From Octopus sinensis (lineage: Eukaryota), in contig NC_042997.1 of NCBI RefSeq assembly GCF_006345805.1, positions 35,092,001-35,156,000 on the forward strand: a stretch of 64,000 nt of DNA. The letters run 5' to 3'. The notes below the pieces were generated by a model that was given only the letters and a program-made list of their open reading frames with translations, ran no database searches and had not been told where the DNA came from. Shown here piece by piece: positions 1 through 12,925 of the stretch. A program made the position numbers and the translations under genes. How positions within the stretch are numbered: the stretch's first letter is position 1; each line of letters begins with the position of its first letter.

Positions 1-126
1 ATCAATAAGCAAACTTTATTGTTTTGGTCTTTCACAACAATATCTGGTTTATTGGCCTTGATGGTTCGGTCTGTATGTACTGGAAAGTCCCACAGAATGG
101 TTACATTTTCTCCTTCAGTTACAGCC

Positions 127-175
<49 letters not shown>

Positions 176-197
176 CATTATTATTACTATTATTATT
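127..197 (-). repeat. (TAA)n microsatellite, tail/target of the adjacent R4/Dong element
   Basis: Near-pure (TTA)n on the + strand directly abutting the 3' UTR of the element at 198-775. Confidence 0.9.
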
Positions 198-775
198 CAG
201 TAGTTTTATTTTTATCAGGTGCGTTCACTGCACTACCGAGCGCAGCTCTGTGTGCCGTGCCTTGGGCATGTGCTTCGGTTTGTTGTGATACTCTTATAGT
301 TAGTGTATTGAAAGTGTTTTACGTAGGATGTGTGCGGTGTCTAGTAGAGCTATTTTCTGTATGCTATATTCACTCGTTTGTCCTGGTGTTTTTGTTGTGT
401 ATTTTTCTGAATATTTTTATCATACCTAATACGCCTATTATGATAGGAATTGTTTCTGGTTTTAGACTCCACATTCGTGATACCTTTATTTCCAGGTCTC
501 TGTATATTGAGAGTTTCTCCATTTCTTTTAGAGACACGTTGTCATCTGTTGGTATTGATACATCGATTAGAAAGCATTTTTCTTGATGATCTCTGACTAC
601 TATATCCGTCTTGTTAGCCTTATGTTTTGTATCTGTGTGTATTGGCATATCCCATAGTATGCTTGCTTTCTCATTTTCTTTGACCTTTTCAGAGGTCTAT
701 TGCACTTGTGTGGCATGTATTATTTTACACTGAGTTGGTATTCAATGCCTGGTCCTGGAAAGCGATGATTAGGCT
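198..775 (-). mobile_element. R4/Dong-clade non-LTR retrotransposon, 3' end with RLE endonuclease
   Basis: Minus-strand translation gives ESLIIAFQDQALNTN, then ILWDMPIHTD..ANKTDIVVRDHQEKCFLIDVSIP..KEMEKLSIY..IPIIIGVLG, then QKIALLDTAHILRKTLSI. These are the PD-(D/E)xK RLE domain and typical C-terminus, followed by a short UTR and (TAA)n. Confidence 0.9.
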
Positions 776-1600
776 TTCAAAGAATAGATAAACATCTGCA
801 CCAATCTTTTTCAGCCATGTTGGTAGCTGAGTGTTGATATTTCCAAGTGATCCAATTACTACTGGTATCACGTCTACTCTCAACATTGACCACAGCATTC
901 GTATTTTCGACTTCAAATCGTCATAGTTGTTTATGTTTACTTCTTCCACATTGATCCTGTTGTCACCAGGGTATATGTCGATAACCTTACATATGAACAT
1001 CGCATCCCACAGGATTTTTCTGGGGTCTTACATGTTGATGTGCCTTGATGCTTGAGGAATCCTTATAATTATTTATTTTCAATTACAACATTCAGACCTT
1101 TTATATCTACATCATACTTCTTAATGTTTCCATTCATTCTTAATTTCTCCATTTCAAGTATTGAGACTACACTGTTCAAAGATTTTATATATTCAGAAAT
1201 TCTACTTTTCCTCTTCCGTCCATCGCTCAGTAGTTCTCAATCCTTTCCACCACTATCCTACAAACAGCCTTGATAAGATTAGTTGTTTCTGTGATGTTCT
1301 TTGTTTCAATGTGTTTCTTGACTTTACTCGTCTTTTGATGTAGTCCATTGGTTAGCCTTCTTAAAGTCACATATAAATTCTGTCCCCTCCGTATTTAATA
1401 AGTCCAGAATTCTGTCTATTATTAACCGATCTCCATTGTTTGAGTAGTAACTGATCTCAATTCTTTCACAGTTCACGATATCGTATTCTTGCAAGGAATT
1501 GTCCATCACTTCTCCTTTACCACTTTCGTTTCTCGCATGCACAGCATCACCCGATAACCTTCTTTTAATAGCTTTTTGCTCCAATTCTGTTAACCATCTA
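776..1600 (-). mobile_element. Second R4/Dong fragment, internally deleted (N-terminal region joined to RLE, no RT)
   Basis: WLTELEQKAIKRR, ITETNNLIKAV and KKYDVDIKGLNVVIE (ORF N-terminal region) jump at about 1040 to KILWDAMF..IDIYPGDNRINVEE..VIPVVIGSLG (RLE). Confidence 0.75.
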
Positions 1601-1780
1601 TTCTACTACCGGAGAACCCAAGTGGATGCAAATGGCGTGCCTATCAGAGGATACATAAAACGAATGCACAGTGAATGGAAGGCAAGGAAAATGTTTGAAA
1701 TTACTGAAGAGAGATTATGTAACCAAACAAGTGCAATACTAAAGAATGGATATTTAATAGAATTGAAGGTAGAAACGATT
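1601..1780 (+). mobile_element. R4/Dong ORF N-terminal fragment in opposite orientation
   Basis: RGYIKRMHSEWKARKMFEITEERLCNQTSAILKNGYLIEL resembles the N-terminal block of R4/Dong-type ORFs; it ends in an (ATT)/(GTT) microsatellite. Confidence 0.7.
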
Positions 1781-1971
1781 ATTATTATTGTTGTTGTTGT
1801 TGTTGTTTTTGCTATTGTTGTTACTATATGAATTTGACGTAGAAAGGCGTACTTTTTTTTTCAGTCTTTATAATCTCTTCTTTTAATGTGTGTAATTGAA
1901 GGGAAAATATATTTTGCATATCTCCTTCTAAGATCGCTTCTGCAACGTATTGAGTTATTTCTTCTTCAGCA

Positions 1972-1985
1972 ATAGAGAGAGTGCT

Positions 1986-2031
<46 letters not shown>

Positions 2032-2230
2032 GAGAGAGAAAGTCAGGAAGAGAGAGTAGGAGAGAAAAAGAGATAGAATGAGAGATAGATAGATAAATAG
2101 AGAGAGTGAGAGAAACGGAACGAGAGAGAGAGGGAGACAGAGAGATAGAATGAGAGATAGATAGATAAATAGATAGGCAGATAGATTGATAGAGAGAGAG
2201 AGCGGAAGAGAGGGAAAGAAAGAGAGGGGG
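1972..2230. repeat. (GA)n/(GATA)n compound simple repeat
   Basis: Purine-rich tract with a duplicated GAGATAGAATGAGAGATAGATAGATAAATAG block. Confidence 0.9.
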
Positions 2231-3116
2231 AAGCGAAAAGTTGATCCTTTTCGAACTTTTTAAACATTAATTTTTGTGTTTACATTGAACCTGAAAAAAC
2301 ATGGCACGAGTCAGAGATAAGCGCAACAGAAAAAAAAAACAACAAACAAAAAAACCCCAAAAATACAAAACAAAAAACAAATCAAATGATTTTGAAAAAA
2401 AAAAGTCTATTGAATTTAGAATCGCAGAAATGAAACCCGAAGAAAAAAAAGCCAATTTTAATCACACAGTATAATATAAACGCTTTACACGAATGAAAAA
2501 AAATTTTGGCAGAAAATACAAATACAAATTTGTAACGATCTAGCAAAGAACAAGAAAAAAAGTGTCCACGTGGAAAACTTGATTTGTTTGTCCAGCAGCA
2601 TTTACAAACATAAAGGCGTTTTGCCAAACGAAGGAATGAATAGGAGAATCGAATGAAAAATAGGGAAAGCTTTTCAGCCTTCCTTCTTTGGCTAAAACTA
2701 TCTCAAAAAGGCGGAGCCCGGGCATGAATAAACTGTCAGAGGAACAAAAAAATAAGGTTGGCGAAACTTTGTGACAAATAAAGTGCTTTAATACATCAAT
2801 CGCTTACTAAACAGCGGATAAAAAGAAAAGAAAAACAAACAAGCAAAACAAGTGCGTTATCTCTGCTACTCTAAAACTCGTTCCATTAAATGAACAATTG
2901 CAAACAACTCTAGCCGAGGTGTGGAGTGAAACTGAGCCTGAAGTGAACAAACTCGAAGCGCTGGTGCGTTACGCATGTGACCAGAAGTAATGCATGGGTT
3001 GGCACAAAATAAGCGTTGGAGTAACAGATATTGATTATGACATTGAGTCTTGATATCTCCTCACTTTTCTAGTGCTGCTGACAATCGCTGAAGTTATAAA
3101 AAAGTGACATGATCGG

Positions 3117-3159
<43 letters not shown>

Positions 3160-3161
<2 letters not shown>

Positions 3162-4380
3162 TCAAGTTCATCGTTATGCAAGGTCATCAAAATAACGTTT
3201 GTGCCTAGACATGGAGCCTCCTTTGTATCCCCACAAGGAGCAATGAGATCAACCTTTACAGATACATGGAGGAAAACCTTCATTGGCAGAAACAAAGCGT
3301 ATTGGACCATATGCAAACTTTTTTAAACTGAAGATGGAATGAAAATACGAGCCTATACAAGCCGTATTACATTTATGCCGAAATTATTACCATAATATTC
3401 GGACCTGAAATGCACCAGAATTACAATCCTGGGATAGAGGCCATTTTCGGAATGCAGTATGGACAGGTAGTTAACGCCGGCAGAAAAGTGTGTAATATGT
3501 GAACGTGAGGGGCCATACGGATATAAAAATCATCATGGGACTCAAGATTACAAAAATAAAATTCTGAGTTGTGTCTTTCAGAGGGTGGAGCAGAGCAAAA
3601 CTTTAATACTGATCTTTCATAACAGAAAGCCTCGTGTGTAGCTCAGTCGCCTCACATTTGGTAGTAAATGCTGTATAAAGGTTTTCTACTCTGAAGATGA
3701 GAAGGAAAGAAACAACACCAACAACAAGCATGGAGGTCTGCTGGTTCCGAGTGAGAAGACCTTTATGAAAAAGCGGATGATGAGCTAAAAAAAAACGAAT
3801 TTTAAAATGTAATTGAAACAATGTGGTGAGGGCTTAGTATGTTGTTAATAGAAAATCGACTCCAACAAACGAGACTTTGCGAGACTTTGAAAAGACCGCA
3901 GTTTATAGTTAAGTAACAAGAAATCATTGTGGTGTGCATACTGGATAAAATGGGGATCCCAGATACATAAATAGTTGATAATAGATAACACAAAGAAAAA
4001 CGAAATAGGAAAAAGAAAATTATCCCAACAATGAAAAGGATGATTCAAGATACTCTGCAGAACAGCAAGAATTCGGATCTTAATGATATACCAAACCAGA
4101 TGCTTTCTCCGACTTTTTGTTTCCGACCTCAGCTTACGGATAGTTTCGTTTATGTGGGTTTAGGTTCATGTACCTACATTAGTTTCTCCACGCTGACCCT
4201 TCATGAAATTTAATGGATGACAGCATGTTTTCTATCATTCCCTTTCTCATGAAGAGAAAAAGGCTATTCCCATCTGCAAAATCCATCGTTCTCACAAATT
4301 TACAATAGCGGCAACTAAACAACTTTTTCTTTTTACTATAGTCATCAGACATATGAAGATTTCTCACTCTCTCTTGACAA
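3160..4380 (-). mobile_element. Heavily decayed hAT-like (TTF zinc finger / ZMYM1-type) transposase remnant
   Basis: Frameshifted minus-strand pieces occur in the expected order: YSKKKKLFSCRYCKF, DGFCRWE..LHEK..HA, IENMLSSIKF, DNFL..IWDPH. Many stops; matched by eye only. Confidence 0.45.
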
Positions 4381-4974
4381 AGGAAGATTGTAGTTCTATA
4401 TTCATGAGTGACTCAACGGATTGTCTAAACCAAACCCCCATGTGATAAAAGCGGTTTAATATAAAACCGCAAAACAGCAATGTTTGGACACTGAACAAGT
4501 GCGTGGTAGTGTGTTACAATACACATGTATATCTACTGATTTCACTGAAGCGATATCTAGATTTTGTCCTTTACATGCAATGCAACTCTGACCAGAAAAG
4601 AAATAGTGAAGATTATTCATAATTTCCGAATATTCTTTGAAAGAGACTATTCAAACACTTCTCGAAATCTCCTAAACTCGCTTCTTTGTTGCTGCCATTT
4701 GAAATATCCAAACAACATATTTTCTCTTCAGCAAGTAACGGCTTCTGAGGAATCATTACTACGGCTGGCAGTGCTACATCATTCCTATGGCTCCGCTTTC
4801 TGGAAGCAACATCGCTTGTCTAATAAACAACGGAGGATAAGTGAAAATAAGAGTTGCTTCTTGAATTGGAGAACACACAGGAATGTAATAGACACGATCA
4901 AACAAAAGATTTCAAAATTCCATGTTCAGCTCGGCTTCAAATAACAACAACAACAACAACAATAATAATTTCTA

Positions 4975-5330
4975 ACAAGGGTACAACTTCAAATAGTTGG
5001 AGACAGTGATTAGTCGATGCAATCAACTTCAGTACTTGATTGGGATTATATTTTATGGATGTCCGAGGGATGAAAGGCAGATTTTATCTTAGTTTCTCCT
5101 GCTCACAAATCTTTCTTTTTGATATCCTCACAATTCTGCAAGCTTGTTGCATTTAATTGTTTGCTATATAGACACAAGGTCAGACATTTGTGAAGAGAAG
5201 TCGATTAAATATACTCCAGTATTTAAATAATACGCTATTTTACTCATATTGTAAAAATGAAGGTTAAATATGACCCCGGCAGAATTTGAAAACTCAGAAC
5301 TTAAATAATAGGAACATATTATAAGGTAAT
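4975..5330 (-). mobile_element. Two old, degenerate SINE-B-like fragments
   Basis: Decayed versions of AGTCGATT..CAGT..GATGAAAGGC and GGCAGAATTTGAA..CTCAGAAC seen in the younger SINE-B copies. Confidence 0.55.
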
Positions 5331-6549
5331 TTGATTGGCATTCTTACGACAATGTTAACCTATTCCTCTTATTGATGCAAGGGTCATTAAAAAACGACAC
5401 AGAAAATGGTAAACGTTTACGTAGAAAAAAGGATGAGAAAAAAATCATGAAAAAAGCAATAAAGAAATATCACACTAAGATGACATCCACCCTGTTCATA
5501 CTTTGGGCCATATTTGCCGACCTTGCAGACAATTTACTGGTGCACATCACTTTTCTATTAACTTTCATCAATCTCTCCGAATGGATGTGAAGAAAACTGA
5601 TGAAAACTGACCGTTGGGAAAAATGGTTTCCAATGTGTAGATAGTGACGGTATATCCAATACATGGAACTTACTCGAAACAATTTAAGCGCTGAAACAAA
5701 ACAATCAGTTGTTCATAAAGAATATTTCCTTTTCTTCAGAATAAGCAGTTAACAGCAACGGGCATGTTTTAGTGTTATTCTGTCATCATCAGCAAGATAA
5801 AGAATTCACTACATTTATCAATATAATAGTTAAAGATTTGTACATTTATCCTCCATGACTAGACAAAAGGAACAAGTGGTTCAGTTAATGTAGAATATCC
5901 CCATAATTATAAACGCACGTGATGTATATTATACAAATCCAGGTATATGTCTTATCGCCCAATCAGATTTTACATCTTATTGAATCGTTGAAAAAAAATA
6001 TTACAATATGTAACTTACAGTAAAACTTAATCTAAATTCACCCGCTGCATTTTGCGTATACAGTTGCTATTATCGGAACAGCGGAATGAATGTAAAACTT
6101 ATTTTATTATGAGAATTTCAGTAATGTAACAACAACACTTGCAGAATTTAGAGTAAAACTATTCAAGACGATATTACATTTCTGAGAACTCTTCTTATTT
6201 AATCTATGAAAATCGATAAAGCAAGTATCACGAAAAAAAAAAATAAATAAAATAAAAGGAAAAGGAAAAAGAAAAGAAAAACGAACCTGAAATTATTATT
6301 AATGCAGCGTAGAATCATTATTTATTCTTGGATAAAAATAAAAAGGATAGAAAACTTTAAAAGTCTAGTGAAAAGTTTGACAGGAGATATCAAGAATTAA
6401 GGATATTGTCATCAGGAAATTTTCTTTTCTTTTGTATACTTAGCGCTCTCCTTGATATCATTCAGTTTTTCAACACACGCAGAGCGAAATTTGCGTGGCA
6501 GCAATATCATTTCCACTGAGAATGTTAGAGTTGTTTATATGTTTACACT

Positions 6550-6682
6550 GTTCTTGCTATTGTTGTTGCTGCTACTGCTGTTGTTGTTGGTGCTGATACT
6601 GAGGATTGAGAGTATGATGCTGGTGATAATGATGATGATGATGATGAGGATGATGATGACGATGACGATAATGAGGATGGTA
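6550..6682. repeat. Compound trinucleotide repeat (TTG/CTG/ATG)
   Basis: Direct inspection. Confidence 0.9.
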
Positions 6683-7199
6683 CTTTTGTTAGATTTCCAC
6701 CGAAACTATTTTAGTTACATAGAATGTATTCGCTGTGTTCAGATGCAACTTGATTAAATAACTTATTGCATGTTCACTTGACTTTATTGCCAAACTTTAT
6801 GAACTCGTAGTCAAATAAAGTAACCAAACAACGTAGCAACGAAACAAACGGCTTCGCATCTTGCCTGAAAGCCTGCCATTGAACCAAACTACTATCATAA
6901 ACATCCATTAATGAATGGAAGAAAAGCGAAAAAAAGAATGCACGGAACGCCAAACACGCCAATGGATTCCATGATGATATTGTGTTAAATATTTCGACAA
7001 AGGAGAAAATACTAAACAGAAAAATATACATATGGAAAAACGAGGAGAAAATTCACATACGATCCACAAAATCTGAACTACATTAACTGGAAAACCACAA
7101 CGCTTTGTATTTTATTTTGCGATATTGACTTAAGTCTGTGGAATCATATTTTTATATTTTGAAGAAGGAGAGCGTTAATGAAGTACCAGAAGCAACGCA

Positions 7200-7505
7200 A
7201 AGGCATCATTATGAACATCGTCATCATAGAACACCTCATTATTCTTCTTATCCTCATTAGCATCATCAATCTCTCTATCATTATTGTGCTTCGTCATATC
7301 CATCTTCACCACCGCCGCTGCCTTCATCAGGAACACCACCATTACCGCAGAGATCATCATCATCGTCATCATCATCATCATCATCATCATAATCATCGAC
7401 GTCGTCGTCGTCGTCATCATTATCATCATCATCATCATCAGCAGCAGCAGAAGCAGCATCATTAAGAGCCACAACAACAGCACCCACCAGCATCTTCATC
7501 ATTAG
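7200..7505. repeat. Compound trinucleotide repeat (CAT/CGT/CAG)
   Basis: Direct inspection; it explains the four overlapping low-complexity ORFs here. Confidence 0.9.
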
Positions 7506-7769
7506 CGTTGTTGATATTCATATAAATTTCCATACTTGCAGGGTCAATAAAATAAGCAACAGAAAATAAAGACATTCGGTGACAGAGCGGTGATCAAAAC
7601 AGCTTTCTGAGTATGGCTACGTCATTGTATGGTCTGAGCTCAAGTCTAGGGAAGTTCAGGCTTGTCTTTTATTTGTTGTCCTAAAAATACAGATACTTGC
7701 GTACTAGACGCTTGTTAAGAAATTGCAGCTTATCTTAATATTAAAAATTCATTATTATAATTTATTAGC

Positions 7770-8290
7770 TGACGAGGTGGAGAAAATGCTTAGAAGCATT
7801 TCCTTTCAATTTACTTTCTAATTTCATATGCTGCCCATGTCAATGCATGCTTTGCGACTTTTCGTCCATCTTCATGTTCTGCGTTCAAATGACACCGAAG
7901 TTCACAAACATGCGTGTGCGACATGGTGATCTCCTATCGTGATAAACGGTGCATGACCTTGTAGTTGAGAGCCAGTTAGACCATCCTTCTCAAAAGGTTC
8001 CTGCATAAGCGTTGTTTGAGGATGATGAAGGAAAGACACGTGATACCTGGCGTGAATTATTCAAACCACAAAGAATTCCTCTCAACACATGGCTATGATG
8101 TTTCCCCTCTACTTGTTGTGATCATAGGTTATAAAAATATGTTGACCGGCTTAACATTATCACCTGGCACGTTGGGTGTCTTTATCGGGGTTTATTCTTT
8201 CCAAGCAATCTAACCAGCTTTGTGGTTCGAGGATATATTGCTCACTCTATTCCACTACTCTTGGGATCCATGAAATATATCATGGGTACT
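7770..8290 (-). mobile_element. Degenerate RTE-type LINE RT C-terminal remnant
   Basis: Minus strand reads LRCHLNAEHEDGRKVAKHALTW, similar to the RTE LRW.GH..RM.D.R.PK.AL.W motif, with weaker upstream similarity. Confidence 0.45.
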
Positions 8291-8464
8291 GTTTCTCTTA
8301 CTAAAAAAATTTTTTAATTATAACCTTCGAAAGCAAAATATTATTCTCTCCCTGATCTCCCAGTGTGCCTGTGTCTTGCTTATCCATGTGTACACACAAA
8401 CATACACACACACACTCACATACACAAAAACACACACATTTACGCACACGCGCATATATATACA

Positions 8465-8834
8465 CTCCTTTACTCTTTTACTTGTGTCAGTCATTTGACT
8501 GTGGCCATGCTGGAGCACCGTCTTTAGTCGAGCAAATCGAACGCAGGACTTATTCTTTGTAAGCCTAGTAATCATTATATCGGTATCTATGCCGAACCGC
8601 TAAGTTACGGGGACGTAAACATACCAGCATCGGTTGTCAAGCGATGTTGGGGGGAAAACACAGACACAAAAGCACACACACATGTATATACACATATACA
8701 TATATACGACGAGCTTCTTTCAGTTTCCGTCTACCAGATCCACTCACAAGGCTTCGGTAGGCCCGAGGCTATAGTAGAAGACATTTGCCCAAGGTGCCAC
8801 GCAGTGGGACTGAACTCGGAACCATGTGGCTAGT
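8465..8834 (-). mobile_element. SINE family A (tRNA-headed), 5'-truncated
   Basis: Matches the other A copies: GGTTCNGGGTTCAGTCCCACTGCGTGGC..TTGGGCAA head, internal microsatellite, GCTCCAGCATGGCC..GACTGA tail with (GTAAAAGA)n end. Confidence 0.92.
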
Positions 8835-9004
8835 TATGTAGAAAATCTCTAAAAATCTTTTCAAATGTTCCAGCTTCAAAGCTGTGGTCAAGCTGGGGCA
8901 CATACACATACAGACACACACACACAAACACACACACACATACGCACAATATAGTACATCATAACTTCTTTAATTTTCAAATAAATGTCTGATAGATTAT
9001 TTTT

Positions 9005-9540
9005 CGATGTTATTATATATTTAGTGTTGAGCTCCTTCCTTACTAGTTTCCCATAGTTGGTGTAGTTAAGCCTCTATAAAATAAATTTCCAGTTTTATCT
9101 GCTGGGACCAGAATTCCTGGTTTGTTATGCAATGACTTAATAAACACCTTAATTTTCCTCATGACTCCCACTGTTTCCCTTTTCTGCTATTCCAATATTG
9201 TAGTTGTTTCTGTTTAAGCTTATTTTGCCACATTAGTAGTAGCATGGAATTCTTTCATTCTCTAGTTCTGATGAAATATTTGCTAAAAATTATAACAGAA
9301 TACCCGGATTGCTGAAAATTTGTATTTTACAACTGAAGACGGCGCTTACTTTCAAATTGTTGTAATGCTTGTATTGTTCGATAAAATGGAGCCGCCTGAA
9401 AGGGCCGTAATGCGCTAATACCTTGATACTTATTCACTTTACATCGTGCAGTGCGGATAACACCGGACTTGCTTGTTGCATCAACTTAAGTACCTTATTC
9501 AACTGAATCTTAATTATTTGGTATATAAATAAATATATTT
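9005..9540 (-). mobile_element. Penelope-like element, 5' region and RT N-terminal remnant
   Basis: Minus strand KIKVFIKSLHNKPGILVPADKTGNLF (PLE ADKTxN motif). 9230-9520 is homologous to 25830-26140. Confidence 0.7.
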
Positions 9541-9605
9541 ATAAACACACATATTCATACAATCATACATACATAATATATACATATAAGCATATATATA
9601 TATAT

Positions 9606-9640
<35 letters not shown>

Positions 9641-9689
9641 CATGTAACATACAAACACATAAACACACACACACATACATATGTGTGTG

Positions 9690-9900
9690 TATGTTAGTGG
9701 TTAGGGTGTTGGACGCACGGTCGTAAACACGTCTCTTCATGTTGTTCCAGTTCGCTCAGCTGTAGAAATGAGTACCACTAGTGGAAGCGGGCCGACCGTA
9801 AGATTGTTGTTTCGATCTCTGAAACGGGTGATCCATTATGTTCGTGCAAATAATTTTATTTCACGTTGCACCAATCCACTCAGCTGTAGAAATGAATATT
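9690..9900 (+). mobile_element. Degenerate tRNA-derived SINE-like sequence with duplicated core
   Basis: TAGTGGTTAGGGTGTTGGAC head fragment plus two copies of CA(C/T)GTTG..CCA.T.C.CTCAGCTGTAGAAATGA. Confidence 0.5.
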
Positions 9901-10055
9901 TAGCAAGAAGAGGGAGGGGTTCCGCCAGGCATTTTCGCCCTAGTTATACTGCACGGCTGCAGCGCCCCAGAGACCCCGAAGATGTTGAGGGACTTGTCAA
10001 TATAATAGAGTGTGTACATTACGTAAGGTATATTGATGGCTATTCCCGTTAAATA

Positions 10056-10284
10056 TTTATTTCTTTATAACCCACAAGGGGCTAAACACAGAGGGGACAA
10101 ACAAGGACAGACATAGGTATTAAGTCGATTACATCGACCCCAGTGCGTAACTGGTACTTAATTTATCGACCCCGAAAGGATGAAAGGCAAAGTCGATCTC
10201 GGCGGAATTTGAACATAACGGCAGACGAAATACCGCTAAGCATTTCGCCCGGCGTGCTAACGTGTCTGCCAGCTCGCCGCCTTA
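10056..10284 (-). mobile_element. SINE family B, near full length
   Basis: Reverse complement of the 11309-11541 copy. A-box-like TGGCAGA, remnant B box, core GCCTTTCATCCTTTCGGGGTCGATAAA (resembles the Deu/Nin-type SINE core from memory; unverified). Confidence 0.95.
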
Positions 10285-11308
10285 TACGTATAATATCTAT
10301 ATTTCCGTTAAATACTGTCACAGTGATGTATGTCGAAAAAACGCACACACGCCAGCACGCACGTGTACGCGTGTGTGCGTATGTAAGCAAAATACAGCAA
10401 AACAAAAACGAGGAGTAAGTTCACAATCAGTTTGACGCCCATATGTATGTTTATGTGCGCATGTATAGCAACAACAACAACAACATAGAGAATAAAGCAA
10501 AATACTTCAAACGTTTGAAAAACAAATTGGCTGTATGCAACATTCCTAAAAATATTTCAAAAAATTCTGCGTTGGCGTCATTAATTTCTTTTCTTTGTAT
10601 TTTAATTACTCGATATAACTTGTATACTGTGTCACAGTTTTCTTTGATAATGTAAGCAAATTACTATACTTCCATGAATGTATCTTATAAGGCGTTACAA
10701 ATTCCAAATCGCCCACATTCTATTTGTAATTAATTTTAATTGCGATTAAAATACACGGGGATTGTCTTTCCTCGTTTGCTTGACAAGATTTAACCATTAA
10801 AATAATTACTCTTCCTCACAGCACAATTGTCTCTTTCATTCAGTAACATTACTTGCATCTCTACATTAAGAATCTCAGCACCAACCTAAATATTCCTGCA
10901 TGTTGTACACATACATACACCGCCCGCACATGTGTGTGTATATGATATCTCAGATTTTGCTCAAAGGTTTGTTTGTAAATTCTTACCAGACATATAGTAT
11001 CATAGCAATTGTGTTTTCAATTCAACCCCTGTTGTTTCCTCACTCTTTTCAGGTAATTTTCCAGCTCACTCTTTTCAGGTAGTTTTACGATTCGTTTTTA
11101 GGGATATATTGTTTTCTGATGGGACTGAAACCTCGATTCGATCAGCTAGCCTTTCCTGTCAAAATTGTCGTTGAAAAAGTTACTCAGTAGTAGTAACCTA
11201 AATCTCCCTGCCTGTGAGGACTGATATATTCCAAAGTATGTCATTTTCTGTACCATTTGTCAAATCGTTCGAACATCGTACAAAAGGAATACTGGTATTT
11301 GTTCCGTT

Positions 11309-11541
11309 AAGGCGGCGAGCTGGCAGAAACGTTAGCACGCCGGGCGAAATGCGTAGCCGTATTTCGTCTGCCGTTACGTTCTGAGTTCAAATTCCGCCGA
11401 GGTCGACTTTGCCTTTCATCCTTTCGGGGTCGATAAATTAAGTACCAGTTACGCACTGGGGTCGATGTAATCGACTTAATACCTATGCCTGTCCTTGTTT
11501 GTCCCCTCTGTGTTTAGCCCCTTGTGGGTAATAAAGAAATA
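11309..11541 (+). mobile_element. SINE family B, full length, with 11-bp TSD
   Basis: AGGCGGCGAGCTGGCAGAAACG head, B box GAGTTCAAATTCC, tail GTGGGTAATAAAGAAATA; GGTATTTGTTC at 11294-11304 and 11542-11552. Confidence 0.95.
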
Positions 11542-12687
11542 GGTATTTGTTCTGAGCTCAAACATATCTGGTGTCGATAAATTATGGCAACAGTTAGTAC
11601 TGAATCGAGTAACCCAGTTCCAAAATTTTAAATCATGTGCCTATGATAGAAAGAATTTTTTTGTGATAGGAAGAGAAAAGTTGGTAGATTGGTAGAATCG
11701 GTGAAGCGTCGAAAATGTGATGTTGTAAATTTTCAGGCGCTTTCTTAGCTCCGTTCAACGTCAACTTCAACTTTCATCCCAGTGGGGTCGATAAAATAAA
11801 AAAAAAAGCCATACAAAAAATGGTTTGTCTGCAATTGTCTCAACCCACCACAAAGTACTTGTCTTCAGTCTAAATATTACCACAATCCTCGTAAATCAGC
11901 ATTTTAATAACCATCAAGTATTATACGATGAAAAATATTACTACAATCGTTGAGATTGTCAAAATGAGGGATAAACCTATATCAGGTTTTGCAAAGTAAC
12001 AACAGAAAAGTAACAAACGTGTGAAAGTATATGAATGTTCTTTTCGTTTTGTCTATGGCAATATAGGTTTCTTACTTAAATTAACTTATTCAGTTGTACT
12101 TCTCAAACGATAGACATTTCAAAAGTATAAATGTGTTGTTCGAGTGTAAAAAAAAATCTTTTTTATTTTATTCCTTTGTACAGATCAATCATTGATCATT
12201 TGAATGAAGTTTCAAGCTCAATTGAAATAACATTGCAAGAGTGACCAAAGATAATTAACTCTAGACATCGATTTCAACGCCTTGCTTTTATAGCAGTATC
12301 AGCACATCTCTTAAGTGAATACAAGTAGATCCACTACAGGAAGTAGACGTTAAGACCACTCAGAATAATTGTATGTGTTTCTCTGTTTGCGTCGAAGCTT
12401 TTCATTTCAAACATAAAGCTTGATGCTACATAATCATCGAAATGCATGAATGAGAATGTGTGGGTGTGACAGTGTATGTGTGAATAAGTATTTGTTTGTG
12501 TATGTGTGCATATGAAGTTGCGTGCCCGTGTGTGTATGAAACGTCGAACAATATCAGACTATATCGATATATCTATTTAGCAATTGCTCTCTTTCTCCAC
12601 TACTGTGTGTGTGTCTAACTCTCTTACTCCCACACATAGTATTCATGTTATATTATGTATATGTATGCATATGCATGTGCACATTTG

Positions 12688-12691
12688 TCTG

Positions 12692-12762
<71 letters not shown>

Positions 12763-12925
12763 ATCTATCTATCTATCTATACATATATATGTATGTATAT
12801 ATATATATATGTATATACATAAATATATATATATATGCATATACGTGTGTGTTTATGTGTGTCTGAGAGCTGGAGGGAGAGAGAGAGAGAGAGAGAGAGA
12901 AAGCGAGGTAGAGAGAGAAAGAGAA
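12688..12925. repeat. (TCTA)n, (TA)n and (GA)n microsatellites
   Basis: Direct inspection. Confidence 0.95.

Noticed and set aside
2700-3000. GC-box and TGCGTTACGCA palindrome as a promoter
   Set aside because: Short motifs only, with no linked transcript evidence.
7175-7505. His-rich, Asp-rich, Met-rich and Ile-rich ORFs
   Set aside because: Four overlapping frames of a compound CAT/CGT repeat; no splice signals or unique coding flank.
10040-10314. TATT(C/T)CCGTTAAATA as the TSD of the 10056 SINE
   Set aside because: The right copy is offset by about 14 nt from the element end, so it is not a clean TSD.
12160-12250. Strong + strand acceptor (TTCCTTTGTACAG) followed by SIIDHLNEVSSSIEITLQE*
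   Set aside because: Only about 19 codons, no convincing donor or linked exons.
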